From Adineta vaga (taxonomy: Eukaryota > Animalia > Rotifera), in the NCBI GenBank assembly GCA_021613535.1, contig CP075493.1, forward strand, positions 10,912,001 through 10,976,000: a stretch of DNA of 64,000 bases, read 5' to 3'. Below are positions 25,104-37,642 of this stretch, one piece after another (position 1 is the first letter of the stretch; each line of letters opens with the position of its first letter). The translations under genes were made by a program, and so were the position numbers. A model generated the notes under the pieces. The model was not told the DNA's origin. It did no database searches and saw only the letters and a list, made by a program, of their open reading frames with translations.

Positions 25104-26107
25104 TGTTACAATTGAAAAACAAATTGATTTTATTTAAAAGAAAAGTGGTTTCCTTTTATATACGGACAAGGGTAATTGTGAAAGAAAGTGATTTTCGAAA
25201 TTTCAATGTTAAATAAAAGTATCATTGTGGTTTTATATCTGACGTCAAATGTTATAAGCCCTACAGATATTTGATACAGAAATTGAATCAATGAAGATAT
25301 GTTTCTAAAGAGGGCGTTATTAAACATTCTTATTTTCATAGTTTTTTTTTTAAGAAGAAAAAGTTCAAAATCAATTTTACAAATAAATTTTGAATGACAT
25401 CGATGAAGCTGAACGAAGATATACGAGCACGATTTCTCTTTTATTTCCAATCAACTATACAGTTTGTTTTTCTAGTCAAACTAATATTCAATCCAAAGTA
25501 GTTATCGATAAAAGATATTTATATAATAACGATTTCTTAGACAATGTATTGTGCTTAATAGATCAGTTATTTTTTCGTGACACTTACATTTGTTTGTCTT
25601 CTGTCGAGCTGAAAAGAAGGCAAATAATGTCACAAAAAGAATTGTATCGAAAAGAGTATGTGTAGTTAAGACTTTTCTCTTGCTCATACAATATTAATTT
25701 CATATTCACCATCAACACATATCTACAGTGGTGCACTATGAATATTCTCTCGAATTTTCGATCCTCAAACAAGAGTATGACTGAACACAAACAGAACATA
25801 TAAAATGAGCAAATTTTTATTATTCATTCGATAATAATCTTTCAAAAGCGACTAAAAAACCAGAATCAATGGCGAGTAGAACTAAAACTATTGCGACAAA
25901 TAGGATGATAATCAACCAAAGGACTTTTTCAATAGTTTTTATCTATTGGAATCATTTCTTTCTAATTGAATTCAAATAGTTGAAAATGATCGAGGTCATT
26001 CAGCGATTCAACAATTAAATGAATTACATCAACGAAGTAAAAAGTTTATTGACCGACTTCGATGAGCTATTCAACTGCGTCAGTTGCGTGACATAAATAC
26101 AACAGAA

Positions 26108-28005
26108 CTGTAATCGCAGAAAAAGTGCATTACGAACGTTTGTAACTAAATAAAACAAAGTATAAGCAAGAGAACACAAATGATTTATCGTTGCCACATA
26201 AGATTTTTTTTTCAATGACGAACAATTCATCCTTTTGTTTAACTTAAATAAACTGCCATTCATCTTTCTACACTGTTAATCAACATAAAACGGTACGTAA
26301 CTTATTCTTTTCTTGTTAAGAAAGAACAAAATGTGTATGGAAGCATTGCAACGATATCGTATCAAAATATATCAATACTTATTATTTATCGTCACAAGTT
26401 TAATTATCTTCCTCACGAGTGATAGATATCTTACTCATCAGTATTACATTGATAATGATCCGTCATTTTCATCATTAGCATTCTGGGAAGATAATCGAAC
26501 ATTACAAACAGGACGACCGTTACCTGCACCAGTAATCACAAATGACAAAATCAATCTAACAAATTTCACATTAGTAATAGCTGCTTGCTGTCGAAATGTT
26601 GAAAAACATCTGCCTGGTTTTCAAAAGAATGTGTATGCTATTGGTTCTTTATTTCAACACTATCATCTCTATTTGGGTGAATCTGATTCGCAAGATAATA
26701 CATTGAAATTTATTCAAGATTGGGCAAACAATGATTCTAAACATGTTAGTATTTATACTGCAGGAAATCAACGGTTGCGTCTTTTACTACGTGAGTTGCT
26801 TTTTCCATGTCAAACCTTTTATCTTGTAGATGAATTAATGTACACTCTTGATATTTCTCTTTCGTAGGCACTCAACGACTTGCTCATTGTCGAAATAATC
26901 TTCTGCAACGTGCTCGTACTGAAATGCCTTCATTTGATTATTATCTTGTTCTTGACGTCGATGTTACATCATCAGATACATTTTCAGTTAATAATTTTCT
27001 CTCAAATTTTAATTATCCATTATCATCATGGGCAGCGATGACGGCATCGCAATCAGATAGATATTATGATATTTGGGCACTACGTACATCGCCAACAGTC
27101 ACATTTGATTTTCTTGAACGTAGTCGACAAGTATCAATAGTTCCTATAGCTTGGGGATCAGTACTTAAAAACTTAATATCACGACATTTTAAAGGTATTC
27201 CACGTGATCATCCATTGATCGATGTGGAATCCGCGTTTGGCGGTGCAGCTATTTATTCAACTCGATATTTGACTGACAAATGTGTGTATGATGGTTGGAG
27301 AAACTATGGATTATGGTTTTATCGAGAACAATGTGAACATGTTTCGTTCAATCTATGTGTTAGAAAAAATGCAGGTGGAGGAAAATTTTTCATTAATCCA
27401 CGATTTCGAGCTGCTTGAAAATGTTTTGTTTCAATAGTAGAAAAAACAACATACATCAATCAAACAGCGGTTATCGTCTAATTCTGTTATATTTTTTTAC
27501 TTTCATTTGAAATAACACACGTCAGTTTTTGTTTCACAATGTACATGCGCACACACCACATTTTTTTGTTTACATCTACAGAAGGTTGCTGTATTAATTA
27601 ATAATGGGATGTTGTAAATCATCGACTGCTGCAGTCGTAACACCAACTGTTCAACCTTTATCGACGGAAGAATTCGATGAAAAAGATGATGCAAATTTGA
27701 TGTACAGTCAATTATTCAAAGAACTCGTAGAGCAAATACCGGAGCATGATCGATCTAAAGTCATATCTTATTGTCCTGATTTGTATACTAAAAGAAATCT
27801 AGGGATTTTGATCTCTACCAAACCACAATTATTAGATCACACAAACTTAATGAGAAGAAAAATTCAAGATAAAAATCCCTTGTTTGCTCTGGGTCATCTT
27901 CTGTTAGAAATGGGTTCATACGATCGTGCAGAATATTTTTATTTAAAATCTCTTTCCCAACGAACGAATGACTGGAAACATTTATCCATTATATACAATA
28001 ATTTA
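26108..28005 (+). repeat. Segmental duplication, copy 1 (~1.9 kb)
   Basis: Near-identical to 37643-39535, from CTGTAATCGCAGAAAAAG to ATATACAATAATTTA. Confidence 0.95.
26331..27418 (+). CDS. Type II membrane GT-A glycosyltransferase (CAP59/CMT1-like motifs), copy 1
   Basis: Intron 26791-26867 in frame. N-terminal TM; ACCRN, ESDSQDNT, RLAHCRN, DxD (LDVD), YDIWALR, VESAFGGAAIY, CEH. Confidence 0.8.
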
Positions 28006-28053
28006 TCTACTCGAGCAGACAAGAATCGTCAAAAACGCATGGAAACTCTATAA
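27604..28053 (+). pseudogene. TPR protein copy 1, truncated at the duplication breakpoint
   Basis: Matches the 39137 copy up to IIYNNL (28005), then reads into unrelated sequence. Confidence 0.8.
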
Positions 28054-29821
28054 AAATTTTCGCCGTGTTTCTCTAGCAATCGCGGTCCCGAATTGTCAGC
28101 TAGAAACGTCAAAAAAAAGTTACTAAAATATTTTTCTCTAGATATGTGATAACTTTTTCGGAGTATAATATCTCAAAATAATTATGGGCGATATGCATCT
28201 CTTTTTTTCTTGCCGTGTATTTCTACCAATCGGGAACCGCATTTGTCATCCATATTCGAAGCATAAATAGAAGCGTTCAAACTCCGTTTTTATATATAAG
28301 TGTATCTGTCAACATTTATGTTCCAAAACGACTTTCGAAATGTTCTATAGATAACTCTTTCAAAAAAATTTCTCCTATATTTTACCAATTCTTTTCACCA
28401 TTAAAAACGTCAGAAATAGTTCATGCAGAAACGACAGCATTTTCGTGTCCCTCAGACACCATCAACTTTTTGAGGAACACAAACTGTTACTATACAACAC
28501 GAAAATGCTTCTCCATTTTTTCAGCACAAACTCGTCATCATCAAACTCTCAAACGCGTATTTCTTTCAAACCATATTTACATGATCACGAAAAGATTTCT
28601 ACTCCAATAATTACATAACAATATTTTACGTCTGTAAATAAACCAAAACATCTGCGTAATTCAACCATACGATACACCATATCTAAATACATTAGTTCCG
28701 CTAATCAAGCGACTATTAATTGTCTGGATTTTTTATGCATCACCGAAAAACTGTCAATAGTGCAAGATATAACATGGAATTGAATCTAAAAGCAGAGAAC
28801 AAATTAAGGAAAGGACGTACTGCAATGCTGCTCTTGAATGTGGGATTCAACAGAAGAAACATAAGCACTTTTGAGTGTATATGTAGAGGGAAGTGTGAAA
28901 CGAGGTAAACTTCAGCGAGGGAACGGTAGTGTGTAAGCTGCTGTTTGGAAGCTGTTTTAGATGAATGTGAGATCAGCTTGAAGTATCTCTTATGCTGAAG
29001 ATTGATGGAAATCGATGTAGATTGTAAAAGTGGAGCATGGGTCGATGTTTATAATTTGACGTCGAAGAATTTCATCGTGATCGAATATAGAGCCGATGGT
29101 AATATAGCGAACGATGTCGCCACTAAGCTATGAACAATTTGTTCTTACAGATTTAAATGACCTATGAGTTTGTTTATAACAGTCGTACACTTAAGGTTTT
29201 ATCTGGTATTACTAATAATAATCATGAAAGCTCATTATGTATGTGAATGAGAGCGATCTTTTGTTATTGGTCGGTGGTGAAGCCACACCTAATTATCTCT
29301 GTAAGAGAGAGAGAACTGTTAAAAACTCAAAATCGTAATCGACATTTCCGACCGGTCTATATTCGTAGCAGCCGACGAAATACAATATGGAGAGAGACAT
29401 TAGGTAGACTGAATTATTATGTATAGCTTGGTTTATTTTCTGTTCGTACCGGTCGATGAATTTAAGTATGGCACTTAGAACGTGATGACGGCTTAACGCT
29501 AGCAGATTTATCATTGTGAAAAATCGTCCGACATGAAAATGGACGTTTCCTCCTATTTACATCGTATATATTAACAGCTACTCTTTTCTATCTGCTGTGT
29601 ATAGCATACATCGCATTTTCTAGATTATCTTTGGGTGAAAACTACTCAATGGTTTTGATCTCTTCAGAAAATTAGCGTATTGTACGAGCTATACGATACG
29701 AGCACTACAAGTAGAAGATAAGGGGCATGACATGAACAAAATATTTCTTATTTCTATTCCTTATGATTCCAATAAGCGATTCTTAGTGAACACACCAAAT
29801 TTTGTTTATACCATTGATCAA

Positions 29822-29844
29822 TTGAGGGTGTGGGTGTGGGTGAG
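29822..29844 (+). repeat. Interstitial telomere-like hexamers TGAGGG-TGTGGG-TGTGGG-TGAG
   Basis: Seen directly; same 21-mer as 1391-1411. Confidence 0.6.
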
Positions 29845-30039
29845 TGTCGGTAACGATCTATTTCCACTGAAAAAGTATTCAAATTTATATAAGCGCAATT
29901 TAAATAGAACTTCGTGGTGTAATTCTGTAGTACATCTTCACAGATAAACCAAGTTTTGAGTTTTCTTGCAACTATACTTTTTATATCTAGAGTACCCCCA
30001 ATGCATACTATAACTATAACTCATAGGTGACATTATATC

Positions 30040-31655
30040 TAGCGGTGTAACCAAAGGTGGGCTGGGCTGAGCACCACCCAACCACCGATCATTTCTTAAA
30101 AACTAACTTTTTGTGAAGATAGATATAATAAAATACTATTCGTTTGTATTCACTCATATCTTTCCTTATAGATGATAAGTCGTATGGTCAGTTCAACGGA
30201 GCACAAACTAATTTCTACCAACAGAAAGCACTTTGAAATTGTCAGAGATCACCGCTAAAATTCTGGCCGTTTTCAATGATGTTTGATGATTTATAGTGAT
30301 GTCAGAGAAATCATCAGAATTCACTATGAATTACTGGAGCTAATAAAATCGAGAAATCTTTTGTCCCCTGTTGAGCTTGTTAAAGTAAAACTGTCATATA
30401 ATTTTTTGATAAACAAGTGTAATATTATTTTTGAAGCTATTTTAAAGAGACACACACAGAGAGGAAAAAACAAAACTTTTGCGATTTAAAATTCCGAAAA
30501 ATTTCAAGAAAATACCCAAAATCATTTGAATAGATTCTAGTCACTATGGATATTGTCTATAGCTTTATATTCCAAGCACTCATAAGCAAAATTGGTTTTT
30601 CATGGTTAACACTAGTCAGAAATCAGCGAGTTTACTAGGTAATATATTACAATCAAGCAGAAAAGTGGATTTCTGGATTCTTCCGTATTTTTCTAAGTTT
30701 TGTGAGACTTTCGGCTTTTCTGGGATTTTAAGGAATTTTTGAAAAAAATCTTTTGATTTTTCGGAACTTTTCTGGATATATGGATCGTCCTGAGCATTTT
30801 TTTCGTATTTACAATCCGAAAAACTGAAAGAATCAAGGAAAAAAGTCCAAAAATTCGCAAATCTACGTTTTGTGAAACACGATCTGAAAGAGTGTTAAAA
30901 TACTTAAGAATAGAAATTCGGACTTATCATCTTTCCTACGAATGTTACCTACAGATACAATAACTTCCTCACAGATTGTCGCCTGAAAACCTAGTCAACA
31001 GTCACCCTAAGGGTCGCTCGAATTGTTCCGATCTCTATTTTTTCTCGGATCGATTCTAGTCCTGTCGGAATCGGGTTTGAAAACAACAACCTAGTAATAT
31101 ATCGACACGTTGGTCCCAATCCCAATTACGACGGTTGTAGGATCAGGTCTTGAAAAGAAGAGGTCGGGACCATCCTGCAGAGCCTTACCTAATAGACGAA
31201 AGTATTAGGATGTACACTTGAACGTGACATTTCAACCGGAAAATTGCATTAACATACAATGGCATTAGTGACATCTCATTTGACATGTGTTTGAAAAATA
31301 TCTTTGACAGATTCGTCGAAAAACAGAACCGTAACAGGTTCCCCGTTAGAGAAGGGTTTCAGAATTGGGACAAAGTATTTCATCCTACCAAACTCTAAAT
31401 CATCTCCTCCCTAACATAAATAATCGACAGACAAGTAGATTGACTACTAAACTCCATCACAACAAACATACTAAATTACTCGTGTTTCACATTTCGAATC
31501 TTGCCAGAGATTGCACTGAAAGTTTCCTCCACCTTGTAAATACATATTATGTGTTTATTTTACGAGACAAGAATATTACATGTGATAAAAAAGAACTTTT
31601 TTGAAAACCGTTAGGGCGGCACCCATCCACCCGTTAAACTCTGGTTACGCCACTA
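30040..31655. mobile_element. Non-autonomous hAT-type DNA transposon
   Basis: TIRs TAGCGGTGTAACCA and TGGTTACGCCACTA (12/14 match). Perfect 8-bp TSD ATTATATC at 30032-30039 and 31656-31663. No transposase ORF. Confidence 0.88.
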
Positions 31656-32953
31656 ATTATATCTCATATCTTTTGTTTACCTTTCATTTGTACATACTTG
31701 CTTAATATTTTTGATATCTTGAGTGTAACTATATATCTAGAGTAAAGATACAAAGCAAATACCTATGGATTATTTATACTGAATAGATTGGAAGGCAGCG
31801 ATTAGAGATAAGAAATTCTATAGGGACGATTAACATTGAGAAATCATAGCACTTGAAGTGTCAAATACTTCATATTCGCTATATCTGTTGGCTTGAATAA
31901 GTGTCAACAGGTTGTCCTCATCTACTGGGAGGCATAATTTTCCTATACCCGTAACTCCACTGCTTTTTGGATAAGACGAAGCTAGTTTCTTTTCTAAAAT
32001 TCTATTTGAAATATAAAAAACCATGGACTCCGAATACTATGTAAAAATCCAAACAAAAGCATCCTGACAAACGTTAAGAATTTGAACTTGTTTCACTTGG
32101 CGTGTAATATGCATTTCTAGAATAAAAACACATTCTTCAGATTAGTCACTCACGTGTTAGCATCACATGACATATAACTAAAAATAAAAGTCAACCATCG
32201 ATGCTTTTTAGTAGTTTCGGAAAAAGCATTCGAGAACAAAGTTGAAATAATATGAGTAAAACTCTTTCAAAATACAGTAACAAACGATTTACGTGCAATA
32301 TGTTATCGATGTGAAGCGAGCACGACAAAACGATATGTTAGCTAAAAACGTTTTTACTAAATAAGCCCCGTCCGTAAAAACTAGTCCATTCGATTCAGAA
32401 TTCAATTCTGCATCGAGTGGTGATATTTTTATTCACGGAACAAGCTTTGAAAATCTTTTATTTAAAATTTTGTCTCCTATATAGAAAAACAATCAAGATG
32501 TAGGTTACATTTTTTACAAAACAGAATCAAATAATGGCACAGTGGAAGCAAGAACACATAAAGCTGTTATATTCTCCTGTGTTTATGTAGAAGCCGTTAG
32601 TGAGCGTGCACACTATACACTCTATTTTTTATACAAACAGTTCAGTTCCAACTCAAACGAGAGGATCTGATCAACATTTCGAACTTATTTTAGTTGGAAG
32701 TGGAAGCTCAGTGCTTTGATGAATGTTAATAAGATTCGTTTGATGTGAGTATTGCGTCTGTTTCTAATCCCATTCCAGTTATATAGTTTCAAAAAGCATG
32801 ATTTATGTGAAAAGCGGCAATTAATTCATCAAAAATAGCGACGATTGTCACGTGTGATATAAACTATTTCTAACATTTACAATTAAAACTTCCAGAATAC
32901 ATCAAATAAAACTGACAGACTCATTTAATCTAACATTTTGCTCGATCAACAAC

Positions 32954-33967
32954 ATGAATACCAGTAACGCCACTATAATGACAAATACAGCTGAGTCAAT
33001 ATCAATTTTCGCCACTTTTTATAGTTACTATTGCCTATCAGTAATAATATGTGGTACGATATTCAATCTCCTGACAATTGTTGTCTTCTGTCGATCTATA
33101 TTTCGAAACACTAAAGCTCGTCCAACGACTCATTATATGCGTGCAATAGCAGTGGTTGATTGCGTTGGACTATATGGATGGACTCTCGATGGTTATCTAT
33201 ATGCAACTCACGGATTTACACTTAATTACACGTACACGGTGGCATCATGTAAGTTTTTCTATTTTTTAAATTTCTGGACACTTCAAACTTCAGCATGGCT
33301 GCATGTTTTTGTTGCTTTTGATCGGTATTTATTTATGAGTCGAGTGCAGCCAACGACGTGGTTCAATCGGTCAAAAAGTGTCTTGATTGTTATTACTTGT
33401 ATCATGACAATCTTTTTAATTTCAAATTTTCCTCTTTTAATATTAGTTTGTTACAGAAATACTAGTGGGTATATTATTGCCGACTATCCCTTATATCCCA
33501 TGGTTTCCACATTCCAAAGCATACATTTATGGATTTATGACCTTATTCCAGCAGGATTTATTTTATCATTCAATTTTCTCTCAATCTATCATCTTTATAA
33601 ACTACGACGAACAACAATCATAACAAATTCGAAAATTCGTCATCGGCCAATTACAATCACTCTTATCATCAATGGTTTTCTCTGCGTGATTACACGAACA
33701 CCAGCTTCGCTTAACTATGCTTTTTTCTATCCTATTCTTTCAGCAAGTGAAAGGGGTAATTTCCTGATTAATGTATTTAATTTACTTCTATACACATCTC
33801 CTGTTCTGAATTTTCCAATTTATCTAACGACATCCAGAGAATTTCGTCATGAGTTGGTTCATTGCTTGAGAAGAAGAGCGACGGCAGCAGCAACTGTTAG
33901 AGACAAACCGGTACAAATTGTACAAATCAAAGTACGAAGCATACCGAACACACGTGATTTACAATGA
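32954..33967 (+). CDS. Class A (rhodopsin-like) GPCR, intronless
   Basis: Seven hydrophobic segments; GTIFN, CK, AFDRY, LNFPIY, FRHEL. Confidence 0.9.
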   Translation: MNTSNATIMTNTAESISIFATFYSYYCLSVIICGTIFNLLTIVVFCRSIFRNTKARPTTHYMRAIAVVDCVGLYGWTLDGYLYATHGFTLNYTYTVASCKFFYFLNFWTLQTSAWLHVFVAFDRYLFMSRVQPTTWFNRSKSVLIVITCIMTIFLISNFPLLILVCYRNTSGYIIADYPLYPMVSTFQSIHLWIYDLIPAGFILSFNFLSIYHLYKLRRTTIITNSKIRHRPITITLIINGFLCVITRTPASLNYAFFYPILSASERGNFLINVFNLLLYTSPVLNFPIYLTTSREFRHELVHCLRRRATAAATVRDKPVQIVQIKVRSIPNTRDLQ

Positions 33968-34136
33968 AAAACACAAATTTTTTTTATTCTAAATGAAGTG
34001 AATATTTTTCTTTTAGCGAAATAAAATTTACAAAAATAAGACTGTTTTCTTTTATTATTTATGTCAGATTGATTTTGAAAACATATATAAACGTCAATTA
34101 GTCGACGAGAAGATTAGGCGTATACAAATTACAGTA

Positions 34137-36495
34137 GAGCACGTCCACCGGTAACGCACTCAGCATTTTTCACTTTTCAGTAGTTATAACTTCAGAGCCA
34201 TAGCTGCTACAGAGCTGAAACTTATAGGTTCTCAAGATACTTAGACGACCTACGTTTGCTGAAAAGTTCCCTTTATTTGATTGCACTATCACAATTTTAG
34301 AGCTTCGAAAAAGCGTGGTAACACACTCATTCAAAAGGATCCGTGCAACCAGACCACTGTAAAGAAGTTTATACCTCTACGAAACTTTCGCATACGAAAG
34401 TAAATATTTTTATATGCATCCAGAGCTAAGATACCAGGCTTGATAATCACAAATCTACACTTTGAAATCTTGTCTCTTCCAAGAGTTATTACTGAATGAT
34501 TCCGGTAACGCACTCAGCATTATTTCTGAAACTTTTCCATTTACAAAGATTTTCCCGTCATTTTCAAAAGACAGCTTCTGAACAGCATATATTGGTTGCT
34601 GTGGTGAAACTCTTCTATTTATTTAAAAGCAACACTTTTTCGATATAACAGTCTGATAAAAAACACTCCTAAAATATCTGTATCAGCTACTTTTTGTTCA
34701 AAAACTTACTGTCCAAAATTGTGTCGATTTGCCATACAATCACATCTTGACGAACAACAGTTATATGATGTATCTTTCGTGTATCTTGAACGGATTTTGT
34801 ATTATAGACTATCTCTTTCAATTTTGGTAAAGATGCATTGATTGCTACTTCTGTAATTTCATGTAAAATAATTGTATCGGTTTTAGTTCTAGCAATTTGA
34901 ACGAAATTACCCACGTTTGTGCATTGTTTTTTAGTCATAATCTCCTTATAAACTAATCGCTTAATAATACCACCAATGACATCTACTACGCCTTTACCAT
35001 GGCTTGTAGCAAAGTAGTTCCATGATAAATTCAAATTATGGTCAATAGATAATCTTGCTAAATTAAAGAACAAGTACCGCTGTTTAAACTGGGAGCTAGC
35101 TCCATCACTAAAAAATACGATAGTTATCAAATCAGGTAAATATTGTTTTAATTCATGATAATATAATCAAGACAAGTATTAATACAATATTTATCACGAG
35201 TGAGATTGTTCGATGATAAAGCAAATGAGAAATTTAATGAACCACACCAAGCATGTGCAGTAAAAATTGAAATTGATTTAGTTGTCCAGTGTGCTGACTG
35301 AATAGCATCTTGTTCTTCAGTATTGAAGTTCTCTGAATAATGAACTTGAACACTGATTGATTTATAATTCGAATTATCTTTTATTTCTTCGAAAAAATGA
35401 CTTTGTTTACGTTTAATAAATACATAATTCAGATATTGTTCTATTTTCGTCGACAAAACTTGTATACATTCTTTCACTGTACCTGTATGTTCTGTTTTTT
35501 CAGCATGACCACGAATATTATCTCATTGAGACCATTTTAAAGCAATATCTCCATCAATGATTTTGTTTTCAATATGTAATTTGAAATTATTAGAACAATA
35601 ACGACAATTAGACGACATACATTCTTCATTAGACTCATCACAGACGAGTACTGTGGTAAATGCTTGTAAACTAGAACAAGTTGTGTCATCGATAAAATTG
35701 GACAACGCATCAATGAGTAAGATAACATTTTGATGATATAAACATAAGTACACACGATGAGCCATCATAGATTCCACCGCCACATGTTTAGGTCGTAATT
35801 GACAAAACAATGAACGTGATACAGCAAAGCCTGAAAAAAAGACAATGAATTTCAAAAACAACATGTAGACGAAAGGAAAAATAATCTTATACCAAGATTA
35901 TCTTGCAAGAACATTTGATGTGCTTCACGTAAGTTATATAACAAAACTCTTTGCTGAAAAGTTTGCTTACTACCACCAACCTCCCTGACGACGACTGTAT
36001 CACATTTGCCCCGCATTTTATATGATATAAGATCACGTTCATAGTAACGAAGAATAGTATTTTTGGTTGTCGATGATAATGTTCTTGTAATACTAGGATA
36101 AGTTTGTATTGGTAAAAGTCCAACAGATTCGGCAATTGTTTTTATAACGAGATGTTTCTTAGCTGGATCTTTGGGCAATATTTTCTTGACTTTTTTTGTT
36201 GCTTTTGCCACTGTTTGCACTGTTGGAGATGAATTACTAGGTAGAAAAGAAAAAGAAAAAAATGTATTATTGCTCATTATTGTTAACAAACGTACTTCCC
36301 GTTTGAACACTTTTCTCGTATAACGTTTCTGTGAATCAGCATGTGCAACCAGATAATTAATTCGTGCTGATCCAGTCAATTTTCGACGAAAAGCTTTCAT
36401 TCTTATAGCATTTTTAGCTTTCGCCACACCATATAAACCTTTTTTATCAGATTTTCTCGATATCGCTTTTGTTTTTCAGCTGGTGTAAAAGCCAT
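34137..36495 (-). mobile_element. Decayed DDD-transposase DNA transposon (Sola2-like) with one recognisable terminus
   Basis: Fragmented transposase: MAFTPAEKQKRYRENL, SRSLFCQLRPKHV, CLYHQN, HYSENF...QSAHW, FFSDGASSQFKQ, FATSHGKGVVDVIGG. Premature stops at ~35523 and ~35148 plus frameshifts. Putative end GAGCACGTCC at 34137; 20-bp subterminal direct repeat at 34148-34167 and 34502-34521. Confidence 0.75.
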
Positions 36496-36508
36496 AATGC
36501 CGAGAATA

Positions 36509-37598
36509 CATCCTATTCCGGAATTGTTGTAATATGTTAGTTGATGAAAAGACCATCCGCATCGATCGATCGAATTCCCAAACGGAATTCCGGAATTCGT
36601 GCACATATGGAACAGCTACGATTTGGCAGGAGTTCTTGCATTTCCTGCCTATTTTTGCCTAACTCGGAAGTGACTGGATGTGTGAACTCAGGAAAAGTTG
36701 ATCCTGATTTATTCATGAAATGCGGTGCGCACTTTCGAGTTCGTGACCGTGCACCTTTTTTATGAATTTCTTGGATGTGTTGGTTTCTTCATCAGGTCGC
36801 TTTAATTAGGCGTTTTTCAGACACCATTACTATTGTGCTGCCCCACCGACCGAGACTTCCACACACCTACACCCTCCCCAAAATAAAGTTCATAGAAAAA
36901 AACTTTTTTTCCTATCAAATTACGAGATAAAGAGTCCTCTTTCTTTTTGTGTGTCGAAAAGCAGCCAATTCTGTCGCAAAGTAAAGTTAGACGCAATGTT
37001 AGCGTCACTCTACACAATCATGTATATGTGTCTGTCAAACAGTATGACCGTTATATAAGCGGATGAAGAACGAATAAAATTTAAATCAATAGCATATTTC
37101 GATAGAGCGTCGAACGCTCTACAAATTGCTCTATTTGCATTCGTTTACATTTACTTTAATACAGTAAAAAAATGCCATTTACTTACCTTGTGTCAATGAA
37201 AAATGAAATTTTTTCACAATGTTTTTTTCATACGTCATCAACAATACTAGATAGAGAGCTGAAATTTTGTGTGGGTGTGAGACACTCATAGACTAGTATC
37301 ATGTAAAAAAATTATCAAAATTAATCAACTAGAAAAGAAGTTATTCAAAAAATATAGCTGAAACCCAATCGTACCAAAAAGTTGCAATCCACTCATATCC
37401 ATCTTCATATTAATCCTTCCTATATGTCAACAGATCAAGGAATTCCGGAATCGGAAGGAATTGCTAGGAATTTAATTACATCAGTAGGAATCGAGTAGAA
37501 GGAATTCCGGAATGGGATGTGATGAATTCCGGAATTGAACGATAGTCATTTTGGTGGGTCAAGCAATTCCGGAATGTGTAACTTTTCGGAATAGGATG
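36509..37598. mobile_element. Putative non-autonomous element with a 12-bp terminal inverted repeat and ATTCCGGAAT palindromes at both ends
   Basis: CATCCTATTCCG (36509-36520) and CGGAATAGGATG (37587-37598) form a perfect inverted repeat. Six ATTCCGGAAT copies. No TSD found. Confidence 0.5.
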
Positions 37599-37642
37599 AC
37601 TGCTCGAACTGTAATCACGTCTTACATTGAGAACTTGCTGTT

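Noticed and set aside
28215-29947. Short ORFs in the inserted segment
   Set aside because: No protein motifs. The sequence looks like non-coding TE remnants whose ends I could not define.
29982-31744. 13-bp direct repeat TATATCTAGAGTA around the hAT
   Set aside because: Short, AT-rich and not at the element boundaries; the 8-bp TSD already explains the insertion.
36509-37598. ATTCCGGAAT repeats as a CRISPR-like array
   Set aside because: The repeats are only 10-14 bp, irregularly spaced, with no cas genes, in a eukaryotic context.
28011-37607. TCGAGCAGACA and TGACTGCTCGA as TIRs of one 9.6-kb element
   Set aside because: Only a 10/11 match that does not extend, with no TSD; compatible with chance.
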